From an uncultured Gammaproteobacteria bacterium (GTDB taxonomy: Bacteria; Patescibacteriota; Patescibacteriia; CAIXNZ01): a stretch of 34,550 bases of DNA. Below, in pieces: positions 1 through 8,108 of the stretch. Made by a program: the position numbers and the translations under genes. The notes under the pieces are model-generated. The model had not been told where the DNA came from. It saw only the letters and a list, made by a program, of their open reading frames with translations, and did no database searches. The stretch is from positions 1-34,550 of the forward strand of contig CAZHFK010000004.1 of NCBI GenBank assembly GCA_964531215.1, in the 5' to 3' direction. Numbering within the stretch: position 1 is the first letter of the stretch; the number at the start of each line of letters is the position of its first letter.

Positions 1-205
1 TATTGTTGATATCATACATGCCCAAGACTCCTTTACCTGCTTTTTCGCTTGATTCGGGCAGGATTTCAATTACCTGCGTTTCCAGCAAGGCCTTAACCTG
101 TTCCTGATACTGTTTTTTTAATTCAAAAAGATTCTCCAGGCGTTCCTGGGTTTCGCTTAGTTTTGGCTGTTCAGGTTTTTTGTACTCAAATTTGGGTAAT
201 TCCAT
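1..205 (-). CDS. Hypothetical protein, 5' part only (runs off window edge)
   Basis: Manual translation from ATG at 205: MELPKFEYKKPEQPKLSETQERLENLFELKKQYQEQVKALLETQVIEILPESSEKAGKGVLGMYDINN, open to position 1. Confidence 0.7.
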   Translation of the reverse strand, partial: MELPKFEYKKPEQPKLSETQERLENLFELKKQYQEQVKALLETQVIEILPESSEKAGKGVLGMYDINN

Positions 206-417
206 ATTTATTTAAATTATTTGACAATTAGGTAATTGGGTTAATTAAACTTTGGGCGAAAATGCCCTTTCAAGAACTGACAGGCTTTAGCCTTTTAAAT
301 TAAAATCCTAAAGATTGAAATCCGCAAAAAACCAATTTTTTATTTGAAACTTATTAACAAATAAAAATAACAAAAAAATAATCTCGGATATGTTTATTGT
401 TAAAATTTATCAATTTA

Positions 418-1341
418 TTAATCGTTAATTTCACTTTCAATTTCTGTTTCGGCTTTCGATTTATCTTTAATCTCAGCTCTAACTCTTGATTCTATTTTTT
501 GCAAAGCTGACTGCCCCTCTGAAGTAGTATGATACCAGCTATTACTTTCACTAAAAAGCTGTTCACTTTCGGCGGACAATTTGGCTGGATCATTTTCTTC
601 TAACATAATTTTAACAAATAGATCTGTCGCAGAAGACTGATCTTTAATTGGCAATATCTTAACTAATACACTTTTAACCTCTTTTTTATCCAAACCAATA
701 CTTACCAAAGATTTTAAATCTGATTCTTTTATCTTATCAGCTGATTTTATCTTGCTAAAAAATTCTTTAATTTTATTTTTATTAGCAACCAGAGTTTGGG
801 TCAATGCTTCTGATTTTTTTTGAAAATAATTACGTGATTCTACCATAGCTTTATCCTTTATCTTGGCATTAACTTCAGACTCAGCCAAATCCTCTTTATT
901 TTCCCTTTTTTCTCTTTTTTCTCCAGCTTCCGGGGTCTCGGCAAAAATAAAAGACAAAGACTGACCTTCTTTACTGGCTGTAATGCCAATATCCGCAACT
1001 TCTTCTACCTTATAACCCAATTCGCTCAAAGTTTTTTTAATTTTATCTTGACTATCAGCTGTAATTAAAAAATATTCACCTTTTTTAGGAAACCCTTCCA
1101 AATCCATATTTTTAGCACTAACTTCCATTATATCCTCGGGATTTTCAGAAAATAAATCGGCTATTTCAGTCTTATCATTATTTTCTAAATAATCTTCAAC
1201 TAATTCAAATTTGCTTACTTCCAACTGATCACCGGTCATTGAATTAGCAACCTTGACTTCCTGACCAGGCAAGCCCGTCTCATAAGTCTTAATACTCGGT
1301 TCTTTCTTCTTATTTAATTTTTCATTAACCTGTTCTGGCAT
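418..1341 (-). CDS. Hypothetical E/K-rich protein
   Basis: 307-aa ORF, 17 bp downstream of pyrG, no recognised motif. Confidence 0.7.
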   Translation of the reverse strand: MPEQVNEKLNKKKEPSIKTYETGLPGQEVKVANSMTGDQLEVSKFELVEDYLENNDKTEIADLFSENPEDIMEVSAKNMDLEGFPKKGEYFLITADSQDKIKKTLSELGYKVEEVADIGITASKEGQSLSFIFAETPEAGEKREKRENKEDLAESEVNAKIKDKAMVESRNYFQKKSEALTQTLVANKNKIKEFFSKIKSADKIKESDLKSLVSIGLDKKEVKSVLVKILPIKDQSSATDLFVKIMLEENDPAKLSAESEQLFSESNSWYHTTSEGQSALQKIESRVRAEIKDKSKAETEIESEIND

Positions 1342-1358
1342 AATTTCATAATTAATTA

Positions 1359-2978
1359 TTAATTAATAGCTGCTTTTATAAATGCGCCAAATAACGGATG
1401 AGGCTTTAATGGCCTTGATTTAAATTCCGGATGAAACTGGGTGCCGATAAAAAATTTATGTTCAGGAATTTCAATAATTTCCACTAAGTTATTATCCGGT
1501 GATAATCCGGCCAAAAGCAAACCTTTTTCTGTCATTTTGGCACGATAAGCATTATTAAATTCATAACGGTGACGATGTCGTTCCGATATCTCTTTTTGAC
1601 CGTAAGCTTCAAAAGCTTTTGACTTTTCATTTAAAACACAAGGATAAGCACCCAATCTCATTGTTCCCCCCATATCTTTATCGGCAATTTTCTTTTTCTG
1701 ATCAGGCATTATATGAATAACCGGATTTTTACAATTGGGGTTAACCTCTTCTGAATTAACATCCTCTATTCCCACAACATTACGGGCAAATTCTATAGTT
1801 GCCAATTGCATACCATAACATAAACCCAAATAAGGTATATTATTTTCCCGGCAATATTGAATGGCCGTTATTTTACCTTCCACACCCCGGCTACCGAAAC
1901 CGCCTGGTACAATTATGCCATTAAATTCCTTTAATTCTTCTATCTTTTCGGGATTTTTTTCGTATTCTTCGGTGTTAAGCCAAGTTAATTCCGGTAAAAC
2001 ATCATTGGCCCAGCAAGCATGTTTTATAGCTTCAATCACTGAAATATATGAATCAGCCAAAGTAAAATCACCTGTTGCAAAATATTTACCGGCAATACCG
2101 ATTTTAACCTTTTTATCTAATTTTTCAATTTTATTAAGTAAATCACGCCAATCCTGGAGATCTTTTTGCTGAGGTTTTAAATTAAATGATTGTAAAATTT
2201 TATCTCCCAAACCTTGGTCATCAAAATTAATCGGAATTTTATAAATATTATCAACATCAGGCGCTGAAATGGCATTATCTTTGGGAATATTACAAAAAGT
2301 TGCCAATTTTTTACGCCTAATTTCATCAATCGGCTTAGCTGAACGACATAATATAAAACTTGGGAAAATACCGGTTGAATTTAATGTTCTAACCGCATTT
2401 TGGGTCGGTTTGGTTTTCATTTCACCTACTTTTGAAGGTATTGGTAAATAACTGACCATAACAGTCATCACATCGTCAGGCACTTCTGTTTTTAAAATAC
2501 GAATCGCTTCTAAAAACAAAATGTTCTGATACTCACCAACAGTACCGCCGACTTCAATAATTGTAAAATCAGCTTCAGCCAAATCAGCTGCTTTTTTAAT
2601 TCGGTCAATTACTTCTTCCGGTACATGAGGTACCACTTCTACACATTTACCGCCGTATTCCAAATTCCTTTCTCTTTGAATTACACTTAAATAAACCCGA
2701 CCGGTTGTCATGTAATTAGGCGAATTAATGTCCTGATCCAAAAATCTTTCATAATTACCAATATCCTGATCGGTTTCATCACCATCATCAGTTACAAATA
2801 CTTCGCCATGCTCTGTCGGGTTCATAGTCCCGGCATCAACATTAATATAAGGATCGATTTTAATAGCTGTAACATTATAACCCTTTGATTGCAAAATTTT
2901 ACCAATAGAAGCGCTGGCCACACCTTTGCCAACTCCCGACATTACACCGCCAACCACAAAAATAAATTTTGAAGACAT
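1359..2978 (-). CDS. pyrG: CTP synthase
   Basis: GGVMSGVGKG, KIDPYINVDAGTMNPTEHGEV, glutaminase GLCYGMQ, ERHRHRYE, QFHPEF. Confidence 0.99.
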   Translation of the reverse strand: MSSKFIFVVGGVMSGVGKGVASASIGKILQSKGYNVTAIKIDPYINVDAGTMNPTEHGEVFVTDDGDETDQDIGNYERFLDQDINSPNYMTTGRVYLSVIQRERNLEYGGKCVEVVPHVPEEVIDRIKKAADLAEADFTIIEVGGTVGEYQNILFLEAIRILKTEVPDDVMTVMVSYLPIPSKVGEMKTKPTQNAVRTLNSTGIFPSFILCRSAKPIDEIRRKKLATFCNIPKDNAISAPDVDNIYKIPINFDDQGLGDKILQSFNLKPQQKDLQDWRDLLNKIEKLDKKVKIGIAGKYFATGDFTLADSYISVIEAIKHACWANDVLPELTWLNTEEYEKNPEKIEELKEFNGIIVPGGFGSRGVEGKITAIQYCRENNIPYLGLCYGMQLATIEFARNVVGIEDVNSEEVNPNCKNPVIHIMPDQKKKIADKDMGGTMRLGAYPCVLNEKSKAFEAYGQKEISERHRHRYEFNNAYRAKMTEKGLLLAGLSPDNNLVEIIEIPEHKFFIGTQFHPEFKSRPLKPHPLFGAFIKAAIN

Positions 2979-3017
2979 ATGTATTTGTATATTAGTTTAT
3001 TAGTATATTGTTTAAAT

Positions 3018-3045
3018 CAAAAAAGAGAGCTGTTGCTCCCTTTTT
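3018..3045 (-). terminator. Probable intrinsic terminator after rplI
   Basis: aaaaaagagagc-tgtt-gctccctttttt hairpin with A/T tracts. Confidence 0.55.
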
Positions 3046-3050
3046 TATAT

Positions 3051-3497
3051 TTAAGTTTCTCGTTCAATGGTTAAACCTATATTAGCTGAGACATCGTCGC
3101 TAAAAATAATATTAATATCATAATAACCAAGCTGCTTGATTGGCTGATCCAATTTAATAAACTCTGCAGGAATATCATAATTGCGATTTTTTAATTCTTG
3201 GGCAATATCAGCTTCTTTAATGGCAGCAAAAAGTGTTTTTTTATCATCAGCTTTAGCTTTAATGATAATTTTCAAATTATTAATTTTTTTTGCTAATTCC
3301 TTATATTGCTTTACTTTATTGGCTGTTTTTTTCTGTTGTTTCTGTTTTTTAAACTCAAGCTGGTTGATAACTGATTCAGTGGCAACTTTTACCAAACCTT
3401 GTGGTAATAAAAAATTACGAGCATAACCATCAGCCACTTCTTTAATTTCACCTGTTTGTCCTAAATTAGGCACTTTTTTTAATAAAACTACTTTCAT
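3051..3497 (-). CDS. rplI: 50S ribosomal protein L9
   Basis: MKVVLLKKVPNLGQTGEIKEVADGYARNFLLP signature. Confidence 0.98.
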   Translation of the reverse strand: MKVVLLKKVPNLGQTGEIKEVADGYARNFLLPQGLVKVATESVINQLEFKKQKQQKKTANKVKQYKELAKKINNLKIIIKAKADDKKTLFAAIKEADIAQELKNRNYDIPAEFIKLDQPIKQLGYYDINIIFSDDVSANIGLTIERET

Positions 3498-3609
3498 AAA
3501 TAAAAAAATTAAGCTATTAATCTTAATTCCCCCTTTAATATATTTTACATAAAAAAAAATGTATTGGCAAATTCTTGATAATTGCTAATTTCAAATTAAC
3601 AATTTCCAA

Positions 3610-3978
3610 TTATTTGCCAAATAAGCGACTTAAAAAACCGCCTTTTTCTTCTTCTTGCTCACTACTCCCAGCTCTTGCTTCTTGCATTATTAAATTATAA
3701 ATCCTTTGGGCTTCTTGCTTAACCAAATCCGAATCATAATCACCCGAATGAGCTTTTTGGCCTTGATAAGAAGCTTGCTTTTGATCAATATGCAAACTTA
3801 AAATTAACGGATCTTCAGAATTAATATACATATGAAACCGCGGATAAAAACCTGACTGGCCTAAACGACGAGAATAACTGCGTTGCTCAGCTCTGGGATC
3901 ACGCACTAAGCCATAACCGCAACGGCGAATTAATTGATCAGTCGGTATATTGAATTTTTGTTTAAAATTAAGGTTCAT
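3610..3978 (-). CDS. Hypothetical protein (start revised to MNLNFKQ)
   Basis: ORF with YPRFHMY/LHIDQ motif; ATG at 3978 overlaps the hicA-like stop (ATGA). Confidence 0.7.
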   Translation of the reverse strand: MNLNFKQKFNIPTDQLIRRCGYGLVRDPRAEQRSYSRRLGQSGFYPRFHMYINSEDPLILSLHIDQKQASYQGQKAHSGDYDSDLVKQEAQRIYNLIMQEARAGSSEQEEEKGGFLSRLFGK

Positions 3979-4220
3979 AATTCTTTTTTTATATCTTGCC
4001 AATTAACATTACTAATTTCTTCTATTTCTTTAATTACATAAAACAAAACATCTTTTCTTATTTTTACTGGCACTGTCACAGACTTATCATTTGCCGGCCA
4101 AATTATTTTATAATGACTACCATCACCACCCTTTTTATCTATAATAAAACCGAGTCGCTTTAACGCCTTGGTAAATTTTCTACGCTTAATTTCTCCTGGC
4201 AATTCGCTAAGCGAGGGCAT
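3975..4220 (-). CDS. hicA: HicA-family toxin (start revised to MPSLSELPG)
   Basis: 81 aa, basic; KALKRLGF...GGDGSHYKI...VTVP matches the HicA dsRBD-like pattern with catalytic His. Confidence 0.8.
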   Translation of the reverse strand: MPSLSELPGEIKRRKFTKALKRLGFIIDKKGGDGSHYKIIWPANDKSVTVPVKIRKDVLFYVIKEIEEISNVNWQDIKKEL

Positions 4221-4533
4221 AAGCTTCTTGATTGGCATTAACTTTATGCAATCCAGCTTTATTAGCAAATGAAGAAGGAATCTCAAAAGAGGTTAAAATC
4301 GCATCTTTGATCTTTTTATCTAATTCTTTTTCATTTTCTGCAGAGGTAATAATTGAACCATACTTGAAATTTGTACTAACAGCAATTACTTCGTCGTCTT
4401 TTCTTTCAAATTTAAAATTAATCGGTTCATAAATACGAAAATAATGCTCCAATTCATAAAGACCACTGGGCACATATTCTTTTCCCCACAATTTCTTCAA
4501 TAAAATATCTTTCATTTTTCTTGTAAATGACAT
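4207..4533 (-). CDS. HicB-like antitoxin (N-terminal partial RNase H-like domain only)
   Basis: EVIAVS...IITSAENEKELDKKIKDAI resembles the HicB N-domain; overlaps the hicA start; start 4533 or 4515. Confidence 0.6.
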   Translation of the reverse strand: MSFTRKMKDILLKKLWGKEYVPSGLYELEHYFRIYEPINFKFERKDDEVIAVSTNFKYGSIITSAENEKELDKKIKDAILTSFEIPSSFANKAGLHKVNANQEAYALA

Positions 4534-4541
4534 GATAATCA

Positions 4542-4571
4542 AAGTTAACACAATTTAACTATATATGTCAA
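4542..4571 (-). promoter_or_regulatory. sigma70-type promoter with overlapping palindrome (possible TA operator)
   Basis: Minus strand TTGACA (4571-4566), then TG-n-TAACTT; AGTTAA-n6-TTAACT at 4543-4560. Confidence 0.5.
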
Positions 4572-4658
4572 TTATATCATATTATTAAAAAAATATAACG
4601 TTAGGAATGACAATGTGGGACGAGGATAGATTGTTCTTTAAGTATATTAAGATTCATA

Positions 4659-5012
4659 TTACTTCTCTTTTTCAAATTTCACTTTAAAAATCGGCATATA
4701 TTTATTCCCCCATTCATCAGTAATCTCCACTGTTTCGCCTTTCATTAATTTATTAAAAGCCAAATCACTAATCATTTCGTTATCAGTATCTATATCCAGT
4801 TTCAAATCTTCCAATTTTTCAAAATCTTTAACCATTGACTGCTTGATAACATTTTCTATTTCTTTTTTTTGCTGTTTTAATGATTCCAATTCATCCTTAA
4901 TTTCCTGATATTCCTGATTATTGGTTAGTTCATCTTTATAAGCCTGACGAATTGCTTTTTGTTCTTCTTTAAATTGATTTATACGATCATAAATTTCCTG
5001 TATTTTTGACAT
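4659..5012 (-). CDS. Coiled-coil hypothetical protein
   Basis: 117-aa E/K/Q-rich ORF ending GETVEITDEWGNKYMPIFKVKFEK. Confidence 0.75.
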   Translation of the reverse strand: MSKIQEIYDRINQFKEEQKAIRQAYKDELTNNQEYQEIKDELESLKQQKKEIENVIKQSMVKDFEKLEDLKLDIDTDNEMISDLAFNKLMKGETVEITDEWGNKYMPIFKVKFEKEK

Positions 5013-5090
5013 GCTTTTCTAAATTAATCATTAAGATTAATTTATTATACACAAAATTATCAAACAGCTCAATTGTTGATAAATTATAAA

Positions 5091-5167
5091 GTTGTTATTG
5101 GTCTGGCTTGAACTATATAAAAATCCCAATTTTTAAACTTTTGAGTCATAGCCCATTCAATATCACA
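5091..5167. repeat. Direct repeat copy A (77 bp, orphan copy of the 3' end of the PEP/pyruvate-binding gene)
   Basis: Identical to 5659-5735; the adjacent 5084-5090 also encodes T-L-stop with synonymous codons. Confidence 0.95.
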
Positions 5168-5178
5168 TAACAGTCGTT

Positions 5179-5207
5179 ATGTCATCCTGAATATATGAAG
5201 GATCTAC
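5179..5207 (+). repeat. Left REP-like inverted repeat
   Basis: atgtcatcctga-atatat-gaaggatctac; reverse complement of 5614-5643 except for the loop. Confidence 0.85.
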
Positions 5208-5257
5208 GACCCCATTTAGACGAGAATCATTTATAATCTCTACCGGACATAACGACC

Positions 5258-5548
5258 TTATTTAATTATATCATCGTAAAAATCGCGAAAATCAGGATTC
5301 ATTGATTGTATTAAAGCTATTTTCTTTTTTCTTATCCATCCCTTTATCTGTTTTTCTCTGGCAATAGCTTGATTTATATTGTTATATTCTTCAAAATAAA
5401 CTAATTTAGTGACATTATATTTTTTAGTAAATCCCTCAATTAATTTATTCTTATGTTGATATACACGACCAACTAAATCGCTTGTCACTCCAGTATAATT
5501 CACTGTGTTATAATTATTCATCATAATATATATCCAATAAGAATTCAT
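5258..5548 (-). CDS. GIY-YIG nuclease family protein (start revised to MNSYWIYIM)
   Basis: YWIYIM..NTVNYTGVTSDLVGRVYQHK..GFTKKYNVTKLVYFE..AIAREKQIKGW.R.KK, the small standalone GIY-YIG pattern. Confidence 0.93.
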   Translation of the reverse strand: MNSYWIYIMMNNYNTVNYTGVTSDLVGRVYQHKNKLIEGFTKKYNVTKLVYFEEYNNINQAIAREKQIKGWIRKKKIALIQSMNPDFRDFYDDIIK

Positions 5549-5613
5549 AATATTAATATCTAAGAAAAACATAATGTCTATCAAATATTCAAGTATTAAA
5601 AAAATGAGTAATT

Positions 5614-5643
5614 GTAGATCCTTCGACACGCTCAGGATGACAT
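5614..5643 (-). repeat. Right REP-like inverted repeat
   Basis: gtagatccttc-gacacgc-tcaggatgacat. Confidence 0.85.
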
Positions 5644-5651
5644 TATGTTTT

Positions 5652-6629
5652 TTAAAGTGTTGTTATTGGTCTGGCTTGAACTATATAAAAATCCCAATTT
5701 TTAAACTTTTGAGTCATAGCCCATTCAATATCACAAGGATGGCCGTAGTGTTTTTCAATCTTCTGACATATTTTACCCAAATCAACAATCTGTTCATCGG
5801 TTAATTTTTGTTTTTCCCTATCTTCTGAATCAATAGTAATCCAGTGATTGCCACCGTTTTCTGTATTATCACGAACAATTTTTTTATCCTGTTTGGAAAT
5901 ATTAATATCAATTATTTCCCAGTCATCTTTATTAATCACATAAGAATCAGGCGTAATCTGACCACCAACAATAGCCTCACCCAAACCATAACCGGCTTCA
6001 ATTATCATTTGATTATTATCTTTAGTTACCGGATGAACTGTAAAGGTAATGCCTGAAATATCAGATTCAATCATGACTTGAATAACCACTGCGACTGAAA
6101 CCTTAATTTCTCGCATACCTTTTTCCATCCGATAAACAATGGCTCTCGGCGTAAAAAGTGAGGACCAACATTTTTTAATATTACCAATCAAATGATCTTG
6201 GTCAGTATTTAAATACGACTCCAATTCTCCTGCCCAGGAAGCAGTAGATGAATCTTCAGCCGTCGCACTGGAACGTACTGCAACCCAACGTACATCTCCG
6301 CCAGAGGCGGATAATTTTTTAAACTCTGCCATTATTTCTGTCTGCAAATCCTCTGGAAACTTAGCATCATGGATTAAATCAGCAATAGTACGTGAAGCCT
6401 CGTCAACAGAATTTACATCTTCATAATTAACTTTATTTAACTGCGCTTCAATTTCCTGAACTAAATCAGTTTCCGCTAAAAACTGATCAAAAGCTGAAGC
6501 AGTAACCACAAATCCGGGCGGCACAGGAATACCGGCCTGAGTCATTTCACCCAAAGAAGCGCCTTTACCGCCGGCGAGATGAGTGTCGGTTTTATTTAGT
6601 TGTGTGAAATTTTTGATAAAGTCTGACAT
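5652..6629 (-). CDS. PEP/pyruvate-binding (ATP-grasp) domain protein; N-terminal module of the PEP synthase/PPDK family
   Basis: GGKGASLGEM, VPPGFV, VAVRSSATAED, EAGYGLGEAIVGGQITPD, DIEWA, QARPIT; lacks the His and PEP-binding C-terminal domains. Confidence 0.9.
   Translation of the reverse strand: MSDFIKNFTQLNKTDTHLAGGKGASLGEMTQAGIPVPPGFVVTASAFDQFLAETDLVQEIEAQLNKVNYEDVNSVDEASRTIADLIHDAKFPEDLQTEIMAEFKKLSASGGDVRWVAVRSSATAEDSSTASWAGELESYLNTDQDHLIGNIKKCWSSLFTPRAIVYRMEKGMREIKVSVAVVIQVMIESDISGITFTVHPVTKDNNQMIIEAGYGLGEAIVGGQITPDSYVINKDDWEIIDINISKQDKKIVRDNTENGGNHWITIDSEDREKQKLTDEQIVDLGKICQKIEKHYGHPCDIEWAMTQKFKNWDFYIVQARPITTL
5659..5735. repeat. Direct repeat copy B (77 bp, within gene 3' end)
   Basis: Identical to 5091-5167. 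Confidence 0.95.
6297..6311. repeat. 15-bp palindrome in-frame in CDS (encodes SASGG)
   Basis: tccgcc-aga-ggcgga; exact reverse complement at 26136-26150. Confidence 0.8.
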
Positions 6630-6911
6630 ATAAGTTCATTATACTAATATATTGAGTTTAATATAATTTATTAAAATTAGCAACCAATTATTCAATTTTA
6701 TCGCCTAAAATTAGCCTAAAAAACAAAATTGAACAAAAAAACTATTGACAAATATTTACTCTTGTGATAAGTTATTATAATCTTTAAATATAAACAAAGG
6801 AGGTGTTCTTTGTAATCAATAAATATTTAATGGGTAAAGAAACAAGTTAGCTTGCGTTTTAATGTAAGCTTGGGAAAAATCAAACACAAAAGGAAAGAAA
6901 GGAGAGAAAAC

Positions 6912-8039
6912 ATGAAGAAAAAAAGGCTTTCCCTGATGGCAATGGTATTGGGCATAATCATGACCATGGCAATCGGCTGCGGCACGGCAGAAGACGGCTA
7001 CAACAACGTTCCCCAAAACCCGATCGTAGGTCCCGAAGAAATCGGCGAAAACCCGGCCCCGAATCCCAGCGACACTGAAAACGTGAGCGTGGCCATTGAG
7101 TTCACGGACGAATACCTGTCCACCAACACCGAACTGGCCGAATGGATGGCACTCAAGGAAGCTGAGCAGACCTGCGAAGAAAGCGGGAATATCTGTCCCC
7201 AGCTCGTCACGGGCGCCCCGCCTGTCCAGATCTTCGGTACCCTGGTCTCGCAGGATGCCTGGGAAGACGATACTCGCTGGAATCCATGGGATACGACCCA
7301 GGCCAACGTGAGAGACGTCTCCGCCTTTGTCAGTGGCAACGTGTTGACCATGTCGTTTACCGTACCCGTGGGACGTTATTACCATCTGGGCTACATAGTC
7401 CAAGGCGTGATGATGTTCCACAATATCTCGGTCAACGGTACGACCATTAACAGCTTCTGCACGCTGGGCGACCCGGTAGATTATTGGACTTGGGGCGTCG
7501 CGGCCTTTAAGGTCAATCGCCTCAGTGACGGCTCGATCGTGGTTGAGGAGAGCGAATTCTGCAGCGAAACCGGCTATAACGCGCTCTGGACATTGAGCGG
7601 CGTGTCCCAGGACAACCCGCTATACAGCGACAGTCCCTCGGTATTGCCCTACGATGACGGTGCTGACGGAGACGACGAAGGCCCGATCATGATGTCCAGT
7701 AACCTGATCTACAATTCAACGCCGGTAGAAATAACCAACTTCAACGCGGCCAGTGCGAGATACGAAGCAGACTTCTATTTGCTCGAGGGCATGGCCAGCC
7801 GGTTTGCCTGCTATCATCCGGGACGTGAAGTCACTGGCAGCGCCGACGTACCCTGCGCCGACCAGAAACTGACTCTGACACCTCTGCCGTCAGGAACCGC
7901 CGGAGCCTCGCAGGAACTGCGACATGCGGAAAACTTCCAGACCACATTGCCGGCATACTACGAGTTCACCCTAAACGGCATCACCAGCGGTGTGCTCGAC
8001 CAGGACGCCAATAACCGCGATACCGTCCTCGGTATCTAA
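6912..8039 (+). CDS. GC-rich acidic putative lipoprotein (start revised to MKKKRLS)
   Basis: Basic N-terminus, hydrophobic stretch and lipobox-like MAIGC; purine-rich RBS ggagag; GC content far above flanks. Confidence 0.8.
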   Translation: MKKKRLSLMAMVLGIIMTMAIGCGTAEDGYNNVPQNPIVGPEEIGENPAPNPSDTENVSVAIEFTDEYLSTNTELAEWMALKEAEQTCEESGNICPQLVTGAPPVQIFGTLVSQDAWEDDTRWNPWDTTQANVRDVSAFVSGNVLTMSFTVPVGRYYHLGYIVQGVMMFHNISVNGTTINSFCTLGDPVDYWTWGVAAFKVNRLSDGSIVVEESEFCSETGYNALWTLSGVSQDNPLYSDSPSVLPYDDGADGDDEGPIMMSSNLIYNSTPVEITNFNAASARYEADFYLLEGMASRFACYHPGREVTGSADVPCADQKLTLTPLPSGTAGASQELRHAENFQTTLPAYYEFTLNGITSGVLDQDANNRDTVLGI

Positions 8040-8056
8040 ACCGTTTTTCTTTACCC

Positions 8057-8088
8057 AAAAGCCCTGTACCATTCGGTACAGGGCTTTT
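8057..8088. terminator. Bidirectional intrinsic terminator
   Basis: aaaagccctgtacc-attc-ggtacagggctttt between convergent genes. Confidence 0.9.
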
Positions 8089-8108
8089 TACATATTTAAA
8101 ATTAAAAT

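Larger units (their letters stand above)
5168..5651. mobile_element. Putative minimal GIY-YIG element with terminal inverted repeats
   Basis: Single nuclease ORF between REP-like inverted repeats, bracketed by the 77-bp direct repeat. Confidence 0.6.

Noticed and set aside
211-250. Short AATT-periodic stretch (also 3575-3610)
   Set aside because: Too degenerate to separate from the AT-rich background without statistics.
1861-2451. Short antisense ORFs within pyrG (similarly within rplI, ctpA, rmlA, rmlC and others)
   Set aside because: They overlap well-supported genes and show no motifs or initiation signals.
6816-7421. Alternative ORFs 6816-7421, 6998-7351 and 7096-7311
   Set aside because: Shadow frames of the GC-rich lipoprotein gene.
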